Below are positions 25,262 through 36,972 of a stretch of DNA of 64,000 nucleotides, in pieces. The notes under the pieces were generated by a model. The model was not told the DNA's origin, ran no database searches, and saw only the letters and a list, made by a program, of their open reading frames with translations. The number at the start of each line of letters is the position of its first letter. The stretch's first letter is position 1. A program made the translations under genes and the position numbers. The DNA is from Lytechinus variegatus (Eukaryota), in contig NC_054742.1 of the NCBI RefSeq assembly GCF_018143015.1, forward strand, positions 16,054,441-16,118,440, given 5' to 3'.

Positions 25262-26427
25262 CTAGAAAATTACCAATTCGGGAAAAGGAGCAACTTGATC
25301 AAAAACTTGCAACTACTATTAATTTTTCAATAAAATAATTATGTTAATTAATTTATTGCAAACAAAATAATATCAACTTAGTTTTACCTGTGAAAATCCA
25401 TCAATTATTTGACTGTTCGGTAATGAAGTGTTCATTATATGATGTGTACGTTTGTAGGAAAATTTATGAAATACATTGCATTGAGTAAAAATGTATAAAA
25501 GATAATTAGAACATTCTCAAACATTTATCTGCTTGCAGTAAAGAAGCTCTTATTAGTATGCATCTGACGAATATTTACGATGTTTTAATTCATTTCTGAC
25601 AAATACGCATAATCATGTCGATCTTTTTCAATTAACATTCTGATGTATCCTATTTTTAATATTCCAAATTCAATACAAATATTTCAAAAAAGAATGATAA
25701 AGTATAGCAAAGAATAGAGATGACACTAGATCATTGTAAAAATAAATGATAACAGTGTAATTCAACAATGTTAAATAGGTTAAAGTTGTTGATGAGTCAG
25801 GAGTGTATATTCAACAACTTGGAAATATACCAAGTTTAAATTCCTAATTGATATAATACATAGCTTAAAGCGTTAACAAAATATTGTCGACAGTTTTCTC
25901 ATATGAAATGCAAATGTCTACATGTCTACCTAACAAATGCACATTTTTACAAAATGAGTGGTTTGCAATTATCAGAAAAGAAATTTCGAAATAGATTAGC
26001 ATCATCACATTTCAGTATTTCCAGTATGGAAAATATCATTCAGACGATGACAGAGGCATAATGAGCCATAAGTTTTGAGGGGTCTAGGTCTGGGATATCG
26101 CGAAAAAAATATAAAAAATTTGTGAGCGAGCGAAGCGAGGAAGCCAGCATTTCAACATTGTTATTACAAAAATCAAATTTTGTGATAGATTGTGATATAA
26201 TATTCAGAAAAAATATAATTCACCCTCACTTTCCTTTTCTATCCTTTCCTCTTTTTTTCTTGGTCTTGAAAACAAAAAATCCATACGCCACTGCACGATG
26301 AACTGGCATGGCCTTGGTAAGGACAATAAAAACACAAACTTTCTACTCTTCTTCCTAATGACGTACATGTGGAATGATGAACTCAACTTTCAAATATAGA
26401 TATTTTGAAAAATACAGTTATACTGAC

Positions 26428-26577
26428 CTTCTGAACGGCTGGATGAAGTGGTTCAAATGAATCAATCGCAAGTTTCCAAGCTTGTTTGTATTGATGTTCA
26501 GCAGTAACAAAGGAGAATGAATTTTGCGCACTGCTCGCACGGGTCAATGTCTCATTCACTTGGGTCATACTGCAGCT
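26428..26577 (-). CDS. PARP4: PARP4-like exon (SCSMTQVNETLTRASSAQNSFSFVTAEHQYKQAWKLAIDSFEPLHPAVQK)
   Basis: Acceptor is tatttatag|AGC (an alternative AG lies 8 nt downstream), donor is CAGAAG|gtcagt. Phase is 0 in and 0 out. Confidence 0.55.
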
Positions 26578-26862
26578 CTATAAATACAACATACCAATTT
26601 AACTGTAACAAACTACAATAGGCTGCAAGAGGTACTAAATAAGCACATTATTTTAAAAATCATTATTATGTATTTATATCATACTTTCGTGTTATTTAAA
26701 ATCATTTAATATTATACCATCATGTTAAAACAAATATTTCATCTATTAAAAATAATATCATTAACATTATAATTTCGTATTATTATAATCCATTTTGTTA
26801 CCGCTACCATCACAATGTAGTATGAGTATTAGAAAGAGCGGAAATCATGGTAGTGAGCATAC

Positions 26863-26985
26863 CGTTTCTATTCCTGTTGATGCATCCTGTATTATCCAAG
26901 GTAAGCTCGTGTTGTAAGACGTTGGCCACAATTCTTCTAAGATAGTAGTCAGCGGCGGTCCGTCGGTATCCATATTCTCGTCCTC
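26863..26985 (-). CDS. PARP4: PARP4-like exon. The likely frame reads EDENMDTDGPPLTTILEELWPTSYNTSLPWIIQDASTGIET. The alternative open frame, the one the ORF track reports, reads GGREYGYRRTAADYYLRRIVANVLQHELTLDNTG.
   Basis: Acceptor is ctgtttgaaag|GAG, donor is AAACG|gtatgc. Only the first frame keeps phase continuity with the 26577 exon. Confidence 0.45.
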
Positions 26986-27189
26986 CTTTCAAACAGACGA
27001 ATAAGGAAAAGATTGAAGTTTACACTTTATAATCAGCGGTAGATATCAATATACTTAATGAGTACCCTGTATCTCTGTTTGCTGATTATATTTCTTTAAA
27101 GAGGCAAGGCAACATCACAGATGATCTAAAAATTTGTTAGTAACATGACTTTAGGTAAAAATTGTACATGTTCTTGTGCTAAGAGTACA

Positions 27190-27530
27190 GAGCCTTTAAA
27201 GTACCATCGACTTGACGACTTGGCGAGATACTTTATCTTGCCATGTCGACATAACCTTATCATGTCGACATGGCGATATACGGTATCTTGAAAAGTTGAC
27301 ATATAAAACGTTATTATGTCAACTTGGCGAGATATTTGGACACTCGACGGGCCTCGGACAATTTATATCTTGTCATGTCGACATATCATGTTTTATAAGT
27401 CGACTTGGCAAGATAAAATATCTCGCTTTGTTGACATATAACGTTTTATAAGTCGACATGATAAGGTTATTATGTCTACATGGCAAGATAAAAAATCTCG
27501 CCAAGTCGTCAAGTCGATGGCACTTTATAG
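27190..27530. mobile_element. Foldback-type element (~340 bp) with terminal inverted repeats AAAGTACCATCGACTTGACGACTTGGCGAGAT... and internal TGTCGACAT subrepeats, inside a PARP4 intron
   Basis: 27196-27240 is the reverse complement of 27490-27530. The interior consists of multiple short palindromes. Confidence 0.7.
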
Positions 27531-27540
27531 GCTCCGTATA

Positions 27541-28517
27541 ATACCCTTTTTACACAGGATTTTCTTAACCCCGGACTATCCTTAACCCCGTACTATTTTT
27601 TTCCTTTTCACACATGCCAAATTGTTATTGCTAACCCCGGATAAGGAATGATTGCTTTTCACACACGAAACTCGCTAACCCCGGACTAGTGGTTTTTGTC
27701 GATCATTCGTAGTACAAGTACTTCACTCGTACACTTTTTTACACACGGTAAAATAGACCATTTCGTAGTTACTTCATGGGTAATTTTGGTCAAATGACCT
27801 TTCATTTCTTTCATCATGATAGGCAGATTTCAAAGCAAGATATTTCGTAAGCTTGCCTTACATAGCAGGATGAAGAAATTGAATAGACCAGGTGACTAGA
27901 ATAGCACACCAATGAACACTTAATGAAGGTATTTGTTGCATTCCTACTTTGAATGCATATCTTAGCATGTTGCACAATGTACTTGACAAACTGTGAAATA
28001 CCAGTCGTTCGTGGAAGCATTGTTGCTTTTTGTGGATGTAAATGAAAACGACAATTCAAAAGAATATATGAATAATCAAGACATCAAAGTTGGTGCTTAT
28101 CTCATTAGATTTTAAAGCACCATGTCACTTCAGTACAAATGACCTTCTTCTGATCATGCATAGAATCTTTTGATCATGCGCAGAAAGGAACTACGAACTG
28201 GCTTATTTCCTTAACCCCCTACTATAGGTGGGGCTAAATTGCCATTTAGCCCCACCTATAGTACGGGGTTAAGCTTAGTCCACTTTCGTTTTACACTAGC
28301 GATCTTAACCCCGTACTATCGCTCTTAGCACCGCAATTGCTGGGATAACCCTGCTTTTTTGCAGGGCCAAATAATCCCGTACTAAAGGTGGGGTTAGCCC
28401 ACTTTGCAAAAATGCTGTGTAAAAAGAAAGTGGGCTAAGCTTAACCCCGTACTATAGGTGGGGCTAAATGGCAATTTAGCCCCACCTATATCGGGTTTTA
28501 GCCTGTGTTAAAAGGGT
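27541..28517. mobile_element. TIR element (~977 bp) with termini ATACCCTTTTTACACAGG...CCTGTGTTAAAAGGGTAT, internal CTTAACCCCGTACTAT subrepeats and 50-bp hairpins; target-site duplication unclear
   Basis: The terminal inverted repeat is visible at both ends. Its internal 27760-28200 segment, which includes ORF 27814..28059, recurs in reverse orientation at 62200-62660 with ORF 62365..62610 at about 90% amino-acid identity. That recurrence shows it is a repeat, not a gene. Confidence 0.7.
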
Positions 28518-29045
28518 ATAAGAGTGATAGGCCTACGCAAATGATTCAAGGTTTTTTCTTACAAAATGAGAGTTTATTTATGATCACATTTTGTAATAAA
28601 AGAGAAAAGAATGTGCAAGTAAGATGCTCGTTAACGACAAGATTTTATGGGAGTTTTACACGAAAAGGACTATTCTTGGGTTTTATTGACAAGTGTCGTT
28701 TTATCCAACGGTTACCATATTAATAGCTCTCAGTAAAATCAAACCAAGTAGAATTGTCAAGTCTAACAACTTGGTGAATATAATGTTGATTCAACTTGAT
28801 GAAATGCTCCCCTGATCCGCAACTTTCAAAATGCCATCTGCATATAACAAAGCTGTGTGGTGAAATGCTGTTTTTTTTCATTGTGATATCCAAAACTTGG
28901 GAAATAAATGTCATGATATATTAAACACAAAGCAAGAAAGATATATGATATCGCCACTAGATTTTTTAATGCAAGTGAACTGATATTCATCATCTTTCTC
29001 ATTTTGGACTAGCAAGACTTCATTTTCACACCTATTTTAGCTTAC

Positions 29046-29228
29046 CTCATCTCTCTTTTCTATGGCGATAAAGCTGGTGAGAGGAGATACGATGTTAAAC
29101 TCAACTCCTAGTTTAACAAGATGTCTTTTTACATCATCCATCATGGCATCATTCTCCAGTCTGTTTGCATGAACAGAACCAAGCTCCCAGTCTCTAACGA
29201 TTCCTCGAGTGGCCAAACGATGTAGAGT
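29046..29228 (-). CDS. PARP4: PARP4-like exon (TLHRLATRGIVRDWELGSVHANRLENDAMMDDVKRHLVKLGVEFNIVSPLTSFIAIEKRDE)
   Basis: Acceptor is taatctag|ACT, donor is GATGAG|gtaagc. It matches recalled human ...KLAARALIRDYEDG...ITQFTSFVAVEKRDE. Confidence 0.75.
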
Positions 29229-29471
29229 CTAGATTAAACCAAATTAGAAAGGAATTCACATATAAGTTAGAATACCAGGTTTCTATTTGTGTCTCGTTAC
29301 GCGGAGATCGCGATACTAAATGTATCGCAAGTATAGAAATATCAGTTTTGATCCTCATTGTCACCATTATTGACATGCAGTTAAAATTGATATCGGAGTT
29401 ACAATAAAATACAACTGGTTGATTTGATATAACACGCATTTGTGTGAGATAAATACAGCATTTCACGTAGT

Positions 29472-29749
29472 CAGTGGCGTAACTACGAGGGGGGCATGTG
29501 GGCGCGTGCCCCCCCCCCCATCGACTGGAAAAAAGGGGAAGAGAAAAAGAGGGAGAAAGAAAGAGAAACGTAGTGGGAAAGAAGAAATTATAATTCATTA
29601 TAATGTTATGTTTTAATCGCAATGTTTGTTCAGCGAGACAGGTATGCATTAATTGATCAGTGAGATACATATCCGTTTAAAGCACTGTCCTTAAAATGTT
29701 TCTATTAGGTCATACCTGGCAATTGAGCGCGATTCACGGTACGCTACTG
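29472..29749. mobile_element. Internally deleted copy of the hAT-like family with 8-bp TSD CACGTAGT/CACCTAGT, inside a PARP4 intron
   Basis: It starts CAGTGGCGTAACTACGAGGGGGGCATGTGGGCGCGTGCCCCCCCCCC, runs through a polypurine stretch, and ends ...GGTACGCTACTG. It is homologous to 58869-59956. Confidence 0.7.
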
Positions 29750-29812
29750 CACCTAGTACACATGGTACAGGGTGTATACTTTGCCTACAGGGATTAGATT
29801 CATTACACTTAC

Positions 29813-29893
29813 CAACCCTTTCGATGAAGATGTTTTGTCGGCTGATACTTTAAAACATTCAGTTCTTCCTTCAATCTCTGCTTCTAGTTCCAC
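29813..29893 (-). CDS. PARP4: PARP4-like exon (VELEAEIEGRTECFKVSADKTSSSKGL)
   Basis: Acceptor is tatgattaag|GTG, donor is GGGTTG|gtaagt. It is 27 codons long, phase 0 to 0. Confidence 0.6.
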
Positions 29894-30306
29894 CTTAATC
29901 ATAAATATCAGAAATGTTTACAGAACACATCATATAGTTTTCATTGATTGCAGGGTGAGCATGCATTTTTTTTCTAAATAATTGATCACCTTTATTTATT
30001 TTAATATAACACGAAACAAAAGATATTTCTTGATTTCAACAGTAATGTTGTACAGACAGTAGCAAATTAACAATATATATCAAAACTTCATAGTGATTAA
30101 CAATTACCTCATTATTTGGAGTTATGTCATAATTGACCTAACATGATGGTGTAAACCCAAAGCTGTGGACGAAGGTCTCCTATAATTTGTTCGGAAAATA
30201 TGAATGTTCGTTTTTATTCATATCTAACGCTGATTTCCTGAAATAATTGGGTTCATTACTCTTATGAAAAGTATATTTATGACATTGACATTTAATGGAA
30301 ACACAC

Positions 30307-30495
30307 CTTGGAAACCTCTGGACCCATGGCATAAAGGACCAATCGCGTTCCTGTGAATAGTGATGCATTCTGGGAAGGGGCTTGAACTATCTCCTTCCTT
30401 GTCAAATGTTTTGGTGCATCACCCGTTGTTGAGATCCAGTTGACTTTGATTGACGTGGCTGCAGGCTGACAAGAACGCCTTACTTGTGCTTGAAC
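30307..30495 (-). CDS. PARP4: PARP4-like exon (VQAQVRRSCQPAATSIKVNWISTTGDAPKHLTRKEIVQAPSQNASLFTGTRLVLYAMGPEVSK)
   Basis: Acceptor is attaaacaag|GTT, donor is TCCAAG|gtgtgt. It is 63 codons, phase 0 to 0. Confidence 0.65.
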
Positions 30496-31209
30496 CTTGT
30501 TTAATAAAATGGTAGAATATTCAGTTATAGGGTTGAAATCGGTCGATGTGATATAGCTACAGTAACACGCAGGAGGTTATGTTTTTAGAACAATTGACTT
30601 AATGATGGAAACACTGGATTGAACATTTTGTTGAAAAGTTTGAGGATGTGCTTTCTGTTATTATTGTTTTTTTTCAAACAGATCAAATTGTATTAGCTAT
30701 ATTTTCCTTAGACTCAAGTCGAGAATGTGGAGGATGCAAATATGACGTTATTCATAACCCTACACATGGGCCCACGGGACGATGTGTTTGAGGTGGATAT
30801 TGTGGGTGTGATTATGTTGGTATATATATGTATGAATGTTAGTCTGGAGGGAGAATGATGGTCTTTTGGTAATGGGGATATTTGAGATTGAGCACGTGTG
30901 GGTGTGGTCCTCACGTAAAGTCACTACTATAATGATGATAATTATTCGACTTATAACGCAGTAAAGTCCACTCTCCAGAGGCTACAATTGTCATTATAAT
31001 TCTGGTTGTAACCGAACACCGTCGAGGCACACGTACTTTTCAAGAAATTTATATTCTTGCCAGAAACCCATGCATGGTTGAGTGCAGCACATTTTTGATA
31101 AATTTCTTGCATAATGAAATTTCTCAGATATATACGAACGCATGACCCTCTGCGAGAATAGTTTGACATGACCATTACGACGCTCCCTCGCAACTGCAAA
31201 TAGTGTTAC

Positions 31210-31309
31210 CTTTGCTTCCCAAGTAGATTTGCTCCTGGGATCGAATTGTTCATAGGCTCCACCTCCTGTATCAGCTAGAGTACGTAAAACGTGACGGTTT
31301 GATTCAGAA
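31210..31309 (-). CDS. PARP4: PARP4-like vWA-domain exon (SSESNRHVLRTLADTGGGAYEQFDPRSKSTWEAK)
   Basis: Acceptor is ttatttcag|T, donor is GCAAAG|gtaaca. Phase 2 in, phase 0 out. It resembles human ANRHVLRILSQCGAGVFEYFNAKSKHSW. Confidence 0.7.
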
Positions 31310-31684
31310 CTGAAATAATACAAAATAAATTTTATGTTCAAACCACTTATTTCAAAAGTTATTACTTCGCACTATACTTTCCGCATAACAATGGATGAAC
31401 ATCGATTTCGAATGTATCAAAATTATTGCATCATGTAACATCTCAGCAACAATAAACACCTACGCCAAACCAAACCTTAAAAACCAGTGCAAATCACCTC
31501 ACACTAAATATCACCATCAAAGACATACATAACATCACATAACACTAAACCTGACCAACCAAGCATTTAGCATTATGACGTCACTGACTAGCTAACGCCA
31601 GTAACACAGACACTGCAAAACTTCACAGCATCATATAATTCATAAGTACAGCAAATCTAATCAAATCTAAAGTTACGTAGTTAC

Positions 31685-31919
31685 CTGACACCAAATGTGA
31701 AGAGGCGATTGATTTGGCGATTACTAGCTACTTCTAAGAGCGTATCTTGTTCATTTGTCACGTGGCCATCGGAGATAAGAAATCCGTTGCTGGTGAGACG
31801 AACATCGCTAGATGAGAGTAAAGACATAGCTCTCAATGGTCTCCAAACCTCTGTAGCTCCACGCTCCCAAGTTACCGTCATCAAAAACGATTCAGTGTGT
31901 TTGATGTTCTCATCAGTTG
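31685..31919 (-). CDS. PARP4: PARP4-like vWA-domain exon (ATDENIKHTESFLMTVTWERGATEVWRPLRAMSLLSSSDVRLTSNGFLISDGHVTNEQDTLLEVASNRQINRLFTFGV)
   Basis: Acceptor is gcgtcttag|CA, donor is GTCAG|gtaact. Phase 1 in, phase 2 out. It resembles human MSATPTMGNTDFWKTLRYLSLL...VSDGHLQDESLTLQLVKRSRPHTRLFACGI. Confidence 0.75.
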
Positions 31920-32467
31920 CTAAGACGCTAGTTGGGTATAATTCCTCGAAATCTAAGTGAAAATGATAACGATTATATCTATAACGAAAATGAAATTCTG
32001 TAGCTGTTTAACTTAAATGGTTGTACCACGTCGCATGATTTGGTTACAACTATTCCACGCTGATTTGCACAGAGACTGAACTATAGTTCTCGATTACCGT
32101 ACCCTATGAATTCAATAAAACCAAGCCCAAATCCCCATCTGGTATGGTATTAGCCACATTAAAATACTATTTTTGGAATGTCCTTGATTTAAAAAAGCCA
32201 CCACATGAATACCTGTTATTAAAAACATTTCAAGTGGTAAAGTTATTAGAGAAGAATGGCTTATAGTATAGAGTATTCTGGGTGGATTCTTTGCATGGTA
32301 ATATATTGATCGCACCTTTTATCTGATTCCAGCTCCATGTCTGATTGTTCTAGAATATTCTTATCTCATTTTTAGATACTGATAAAGACCGCTGAACCAT
32401 CAGTCTGTTTTTAATATTTGCTGAATTGACTTGTTATCACTCATTCAGTTTGCTTCCGAATACATAC

Positions 32468-32654
32468 CATTTCCAAAAACGACCAGGTTATAACGGCTCT
32501 GTGGAGGAAGGCTTTCTAATACCATATGCACCAACTTCTTAGCATCATTCATTGGTTGTCCTTTCATTGATGTCGAACGATCTAACATGATGACTACTTC
32601 AGGGTTCTCTATAGTTGTCACAGGAAACTCCGGATAAAATACCACCATGCACGC
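32468..32654 (-). CDS. PARP4: PARP4-like vWA-domain exon carrying the MIDAS-type DxSxS motif (ACMVVFYPEFPVTTIENPEVVIMLDRSTSMKGQPMNDAKKLVHMVLESLPPQSRYNLVVFGNG)
   Basis: Acceptor is aactatag|GCG, donor is GAAATG|gtatgt. It contains the VVIMLDRSTSM motif and covers ORF 32445..32648. Confidence 0.8.
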
Positions 32655-32846
32655 CTATAGTTTATTTCAAAGACAACCGAGGAAAGTTTGAACATTATTT
32701 TTCTGATGACGAAGAACGTAACTTACCCTTGATAATTAACAAGTTTCAATACTCCCATTTTGATGCAATTTTAAGTTTTATATAAACTAATGGTAAATGT
32801 ATTAGAAATATAAAATATTTAATTCAAAATCACTCCCACAACTCAC

Positions 32847-32987
32847 CTGTCTGCTTTCGTCATCAGGAAGTGTTTCCCGCCAAATTCGTGGTTTATGTGC
32901 GTTATCCATCTCAACCAATAGCTGCAAACCATCCACCAGTTTATCACCATCACACATAGCTATCTCCAGAAGTTTCTCATCCTTTTT
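32847..32987 (-). CDS. PARP4: PARP4-like exon (KKDEKLLEIAMCDGDKLVDGLQLLVEMDNAHKPRIWRETLPDDESRQ)
   Basis: Acceptor is ttttttggtaaag|AAA, donor is GACAG|gtgagt. It is 47 codons, phase 0 to 0. Confidence 0.7.
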
Positions 32988-33311
32988 CTTTACCAAAAAA
33001 TAAATAAAATGTAAGTCACTTGGTAGTAATTAGTTGTACATGCATAATACATGATTGCAAATCAATCTGTCCTCGTTGTGACTTGACTCGATGTGTAAGT
33101 AAGAAGTATTCGGCTTCTGACCAAAGATAAATACCTTGACCATGGGCCCTTACCTGCGCAAAGTCGCTTAAAGGAATTCAATGTCTTTATAAACCATGAT
33201 AGGTTTTTCACTTCAACATTAAAATTGTACAAAGAGCTTCTTCCAACTCTACTTGTGATTTCTCTCAGAAAAGAGAGTATCTAAGTTTGTACCATCACTG
33301 AAAATACTTAC

Positions 33312-33393
33312 CTGAACCTTAATTGAGTGAGTAGGACAGTGGATGCTTCTAATCCTAGAGGGCATTTCAACCTTGGCCATGAAAGATTCACTC
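33312..33393 (-). CDS. PARP4: PARP4-like exon (RSESFMAKVEMPSRIRSIHCPTHSIKVQ)
   Basis: Acceptor is ttattcttcag|G, donor is GTTCAG|gtaagt (consensus). The phase-2 entry matches the previous exon. Confidence 0.6.
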
Positions 33394-34345
33394 CTGAAGA
33401 ATAATTCAATTACATCATTGAATAGCATTGAAGATAGCGAATAAAACTACCAGTCTTTCCACAAAAAAAATCACCCCAAACAATTACAAATATACAGTGG
33501 TGCTCATAAGTTAGTGAATTCCACCAGAAAATGAACATATATACTTAATCATGTTAATTGTGAAGTCGAGTGATAGGTTTGTTTCTCTGGGCTCGCCAAA
33601 CATTGTAGTGTTGTCTACAGCATGAAAGAATGCATTTTGTGATGGGGTTCACTAACTTGAGCGCAACGGTCAGACGGTAAAGTATACAAATAATGCACAT
33701 AAGCTCGTGTACGCGGGCCCAAAGAGCGAATGGGTATACCGCACCGAGGTCCGCAGGACCAAGTGCTTTATATCCATTTGGCGACTCGAACAGAGTTCAC
33801 TATTTATGTCATCTATGCACAAGAATGCCTACATTGTTTTGTACACGAAATCACGCTTTTTAGCCAATTTTGGTCCGAAATGCGGAAACAAATGGTTTTA
33901 AACCTGGTTCAAGAATGTCTAAGTGGACGTCACGACTTTGATCTAAATAGATGCACGAGAACAAAAAAAAAATCGCCTAACCCATATGCCCATTCAGGCA
34001 AAAGTATTGCACTAAAGGTCAAAAGGGAGGAGACCTCCCCCCCCCCCTGCCGGGTTTATATCGGATTTACATTGAACTCCTCAAAAGGAAGGATCATCAT
34101 TGTATTTTTAACCTTCTTAATGTACATATCGCACCTCATATTGCCATCCACTGACTAGTACAAAATTATCCACTTGGGGGATATACATGAAAATAATGTC
34201 CTACTCTCCATCCAGGGGTATTAATTGGAAAAAAACGTCGGAAGAGACTACCCACTTCCCTTATGAATTTCCTAATAGTAATAAAGAGGAAAAGGTGAAT
34301 GTTTAAAAATAAATCAATTTAGAAAAAAATCTCTTCTCGATCTAA

Positions 34346-34545
34346 CCTATTTTGCTTGTTTTCGACGACGCCATCGACTGCGTCAACAGAACCCATCAGA
34401 ATTTCTTTCTTCTTCCATGGCGCTACACTTCCAAGTAGATTGAATGCAATACGGTCACCCTCGACAACCAGCTCAGTAACGTATCGAACCGAGATGACAA
34501 CACATGAGCCAGGAGGTAGATTCCCAACGGTGATTGTAAAGACAT
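34346..34545 (-). CDS. PARP4: PARP4-like VIT-domain exon 3 (NVFTITVGNLPPGSCVVISVRYVTELVVEGDRIAFNLLGSVAPWKKKEILMGSVDAVDGVVENKQN)
   Basis: Acceptor is tttgttctaaag|A, donor is AATAG|gttaga. It joins the previous exon to give GHGAYLMEEEAA|NVFTITVGNLPPG, matching recalled human GHGAYLMSQDAPDVFTVSVGNLPP. Confidence 0.8.
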
Positions 34546-34960
34546 TCTTTAGAACAAAAGTAATCACAGTTCAAACTTAGTATTATTTAATATAATACAA
34601 ACCTTATATAGGTTATGAAATTCCTAATCTTTGTTGAAACTTATCTTTCAAGCCCTTTCTCAAGTATGTAACCTTTTATCTCGCAAATTTGCAAGGCAAC
34701 ACCATGTCTATGATGTTTTTATTCCGACTATGGAAGAACGAGAACAAATAAATCGAGAGAATTACTTTGAAAACATGAGTCAAATAAAAAGAAAATGAAA
34801 CTTATTAAATGCCTCCATTTGTTTCTCTCACTATCTCTCTCTTCATATATCATGCACAGTATCTTTAATAATGTACATGTACACTTTTGAAAATACGTAA
34901 ATAAGTAAATACTATTAGTTTTTTTTTCTTTGAAATCATGGGACTTTGTTCATCACTAAC

Positions 34961-35179
34961 CGCTGCCTCTTCTTCCATGAGGTAAGCACCATGTCCTTGT
35001 TCTTTAGCCTTGTCATATGACTTCCGCGCTTGTTCTTTCTCCTCTACTATTCCGATGACGTGTTTGCCATTGATATAGGCATCGAATCCACAAACAGCTG
35101 CTCGCTCATCAAGAGGAAAGACGTAACGAGTTTCCGCAGTCTGCTCACCAATGTTTCGGTACTTCTGCAGAACAATAAC
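34961..35179 (-). CDS. PARP4: PARP4-like VIT-domain exon 2 (VIVLQKYRNIGEQTAETRYVFPLDERAAVCGFDAYINGKHVIGIVEEKEQARKSYDKAKEQGHGAYLMEEEAA)
   Basis: Acceptor is catttttccaag|G, donor is GCAGCG|gttagt. It is 73 codons. It closely matches recalled human YIFPLDDKAAVCGFEAFINGKHIVGEIKEKEEAQQEYLEAVTQGHGAYLM. Confidence 0.85.
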
Positions 35180-35786
35180 CTTGGAAAAATGTAATTGATA
35201 AAATAAAAATATGTTCCATATTGTCACTGACAGCGAATGAACCCAAAGTCACTTCATTGTCATTGACAATGGTGATAGGATTATAGACAAAAGAAAATAA
35301 ATTTCAAATATCCACGTCATTTATTTCATAGCTTCAATGATTATCCGAAGTATACAATGTATATATACATGTAGCTCTTAAATCCTGTCATCTAACTCCG
35401 TTAAGACGTTTGCGGTTCAAACGTTTTAAAAGAATTTTATTCATGAGCCGAATTCACATAAATAGAAATACATTTTATTATTTGATCACACGTAGACAAT
35501 CATGTGAACTGTGTTGTAGATTTACAGTTCACATACGGTCTCCATCATTATAAATAATACATCTCTTTAAAAAAAAATGTAAATAAACATTAAGTCAATA
35601 TGTCATAGAAGACAACCAGTGGAACTTGTCATACCAAAGAACGGTTGGATAACGCATAATGCAGTAGTTCATTTTTTACTTTTGTATGTTTTCAATGATT
35701 TTTGTCAATAACACCAGATATGCATAATAACACCTTTGGTATTAGATGAGGGTTGACATAAGTGTAGTATTATGGATTGAAAATTA

Positions 35787-35918
35787 CCTCTGCTGCCAGG
35801 TCAATGATTGATGCCCTGACATGAACAGCTTCTAATTCAACTTGACCTTCACCTCTTGTATTAAGACCTGCCTTGATCTTGGCTTCAGGATACACCATTC
35901 CTTGCACATCAAGGGTGT
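35787..35918 (-). CDS. PARP4: PARP4-like VIT-domain exon 1 (DTLDVQGMVYPEAKIKAGLNTRGEGQVELEAVHVRASIIDLAAE)
   Basis: Acceptor is ttcaatattag|AC, donor is GCAGAG|gtaatt. Phase 1 in, phase 0 out. Confidence 0.75.
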
Positions 35919-36179
35919 CTAATATTGAAAAACAATTTGAAATAAATATCTTGCAATGACAGCTGTCAAAGAAGATAACACCGGGACAAAGAAACATAGC
36001 AAAAGAGCAATCATTACTTTGTGTAATAACTGACTCTGTAGGTTTTGTGGAATATAACACAATGCTCTATATATACGACGCACTTAAATTTGACTTTTGT
36101 AATTAGATCTAATATGAATAGCCATAGAAAGTCATCCAATTATGTTCAATAACTGTGAAAGTGTATATACTTAGTATAC

Positions 36180-36363
36180 CTATTTCGTCATCATTGTTAT
36201 CATCAGAGTCCGTATCATCACCGCTACTGTCATCACTGATTGAGACTTGGGATGCTGATGCTGACTGATTGTCTGTATCATCTGAATTTCTTTCTATCAA
36301 CTTGAACTCAACGAGGTAGCGAAGACAGTGCTGGTTGGCTTGGTAAACCACATACTCATCGTC
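36180..36363 (-). CDS. PARP4: PARP4-like exon covering the end of the PARP catalytic domain (DDEYVVYQANQHCLRYLVEFKL, which holds the catalytic Glu) and an acidic linker (SDDTDNQSASASQVSISDDSSGDDTDSDDNNDDEI)
   Basis: Acceptor is aatgatttcag|GAC, donor is AAATAG|gtatac. It resembles human DDEFVVYKTNQVKMKYIIKF. Confidence 0.8.
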
Positions 36364-36801
36364 CTGAAATCATTTATGTAAATATCCTAACTTTGGTTAA
36401 AATTTTGTGTAAGATAAAAATACTTACATGCATAATCTGCAACATATTTTGTGAAATATATAGGATTTTATATTTTACAGAGAACTTAGAATGAATAAAA
36501 TATATTGGCTGAACTATCTTGAAATATACGGAATTCAGCTTTTTTTCTAAATAGTGTGTAATTTGTTGGAGTGCGAGAGCGAATGGGTGTGTGTAAGTTA
36601 GAATGAGAGTGGGTGATGAGGGTGTGGGGGTGTTGTGTGTGGGTGTGTGTGGGGTATGTGTGAGATAGAGAGAGAGAGAGGTTTATGCCTTATGGTGTGT
36701 ATAAGAGAACGTATGTAGGTGGATGTGAGTATGAATATGTGGTGCGCTCGGAGAGGGAGTGAGGGAACGTTTGTGAAAATAAGAATTTTAATAAATCATA
36801 C

Positions 36802-36972
36802 CATAAAGAAGGATTCATTTTGCTCAGTCTTCCTAACACCATGAACGCTTTCAAATCCTTCAGGTGCACATTCAATATCTGTCCTCTTCTCATAGATATC
36901 CTTCATTTTCCCAAGGGCTACGTTGTTGATTGCTAAGAAGCGAGTTCCTGTAAACTTACCTGGTGTGGAGTA
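36802..36972 (-). CDS. PARP4: PARP4-like catalytic-domain exon (YSTPGKFTGTRFLAINNVALGKMKDIYEKRTDIECAPEGFESVHGVRKTEQNESFFM)
   Basis: Acceptor is acttgttcaaag|TAC, donor is TTTATG|gtatga. It is 57 codons. It resembles human KYSHPGETDGTRLLLICDVALGKCMDL...APPGYDSVHGV. Confidence 0.8.

Noticed and set aside
27814-28059. An 81-aa ORF (MNCRFHLHPQKATMLPRTTG...) found twice at about 90% identity (second copy 62365..62610)
   Set aside because: Both copies sit in the same position within a dispersed repeat (27541-28517 and 62200-62660). The conservation reflects recent transposition, not selection. It has no start context and no splice sites.
29194-29670. 158-aa minus-strand ORF inside the PARP4 locus
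   Set aside because: It runs through the hAT-like insertion at 29472-29749 (polypurine and G/C hairpin). The real PARP4 exon nearby is 29046-29228 in a different frame and extent.
34356-34580. Plus-strand 74-aa ORF
   Set aside because: It is antisense to PARP4 VIT exon 3. The minus-strand reading has the homology and the splice sites.
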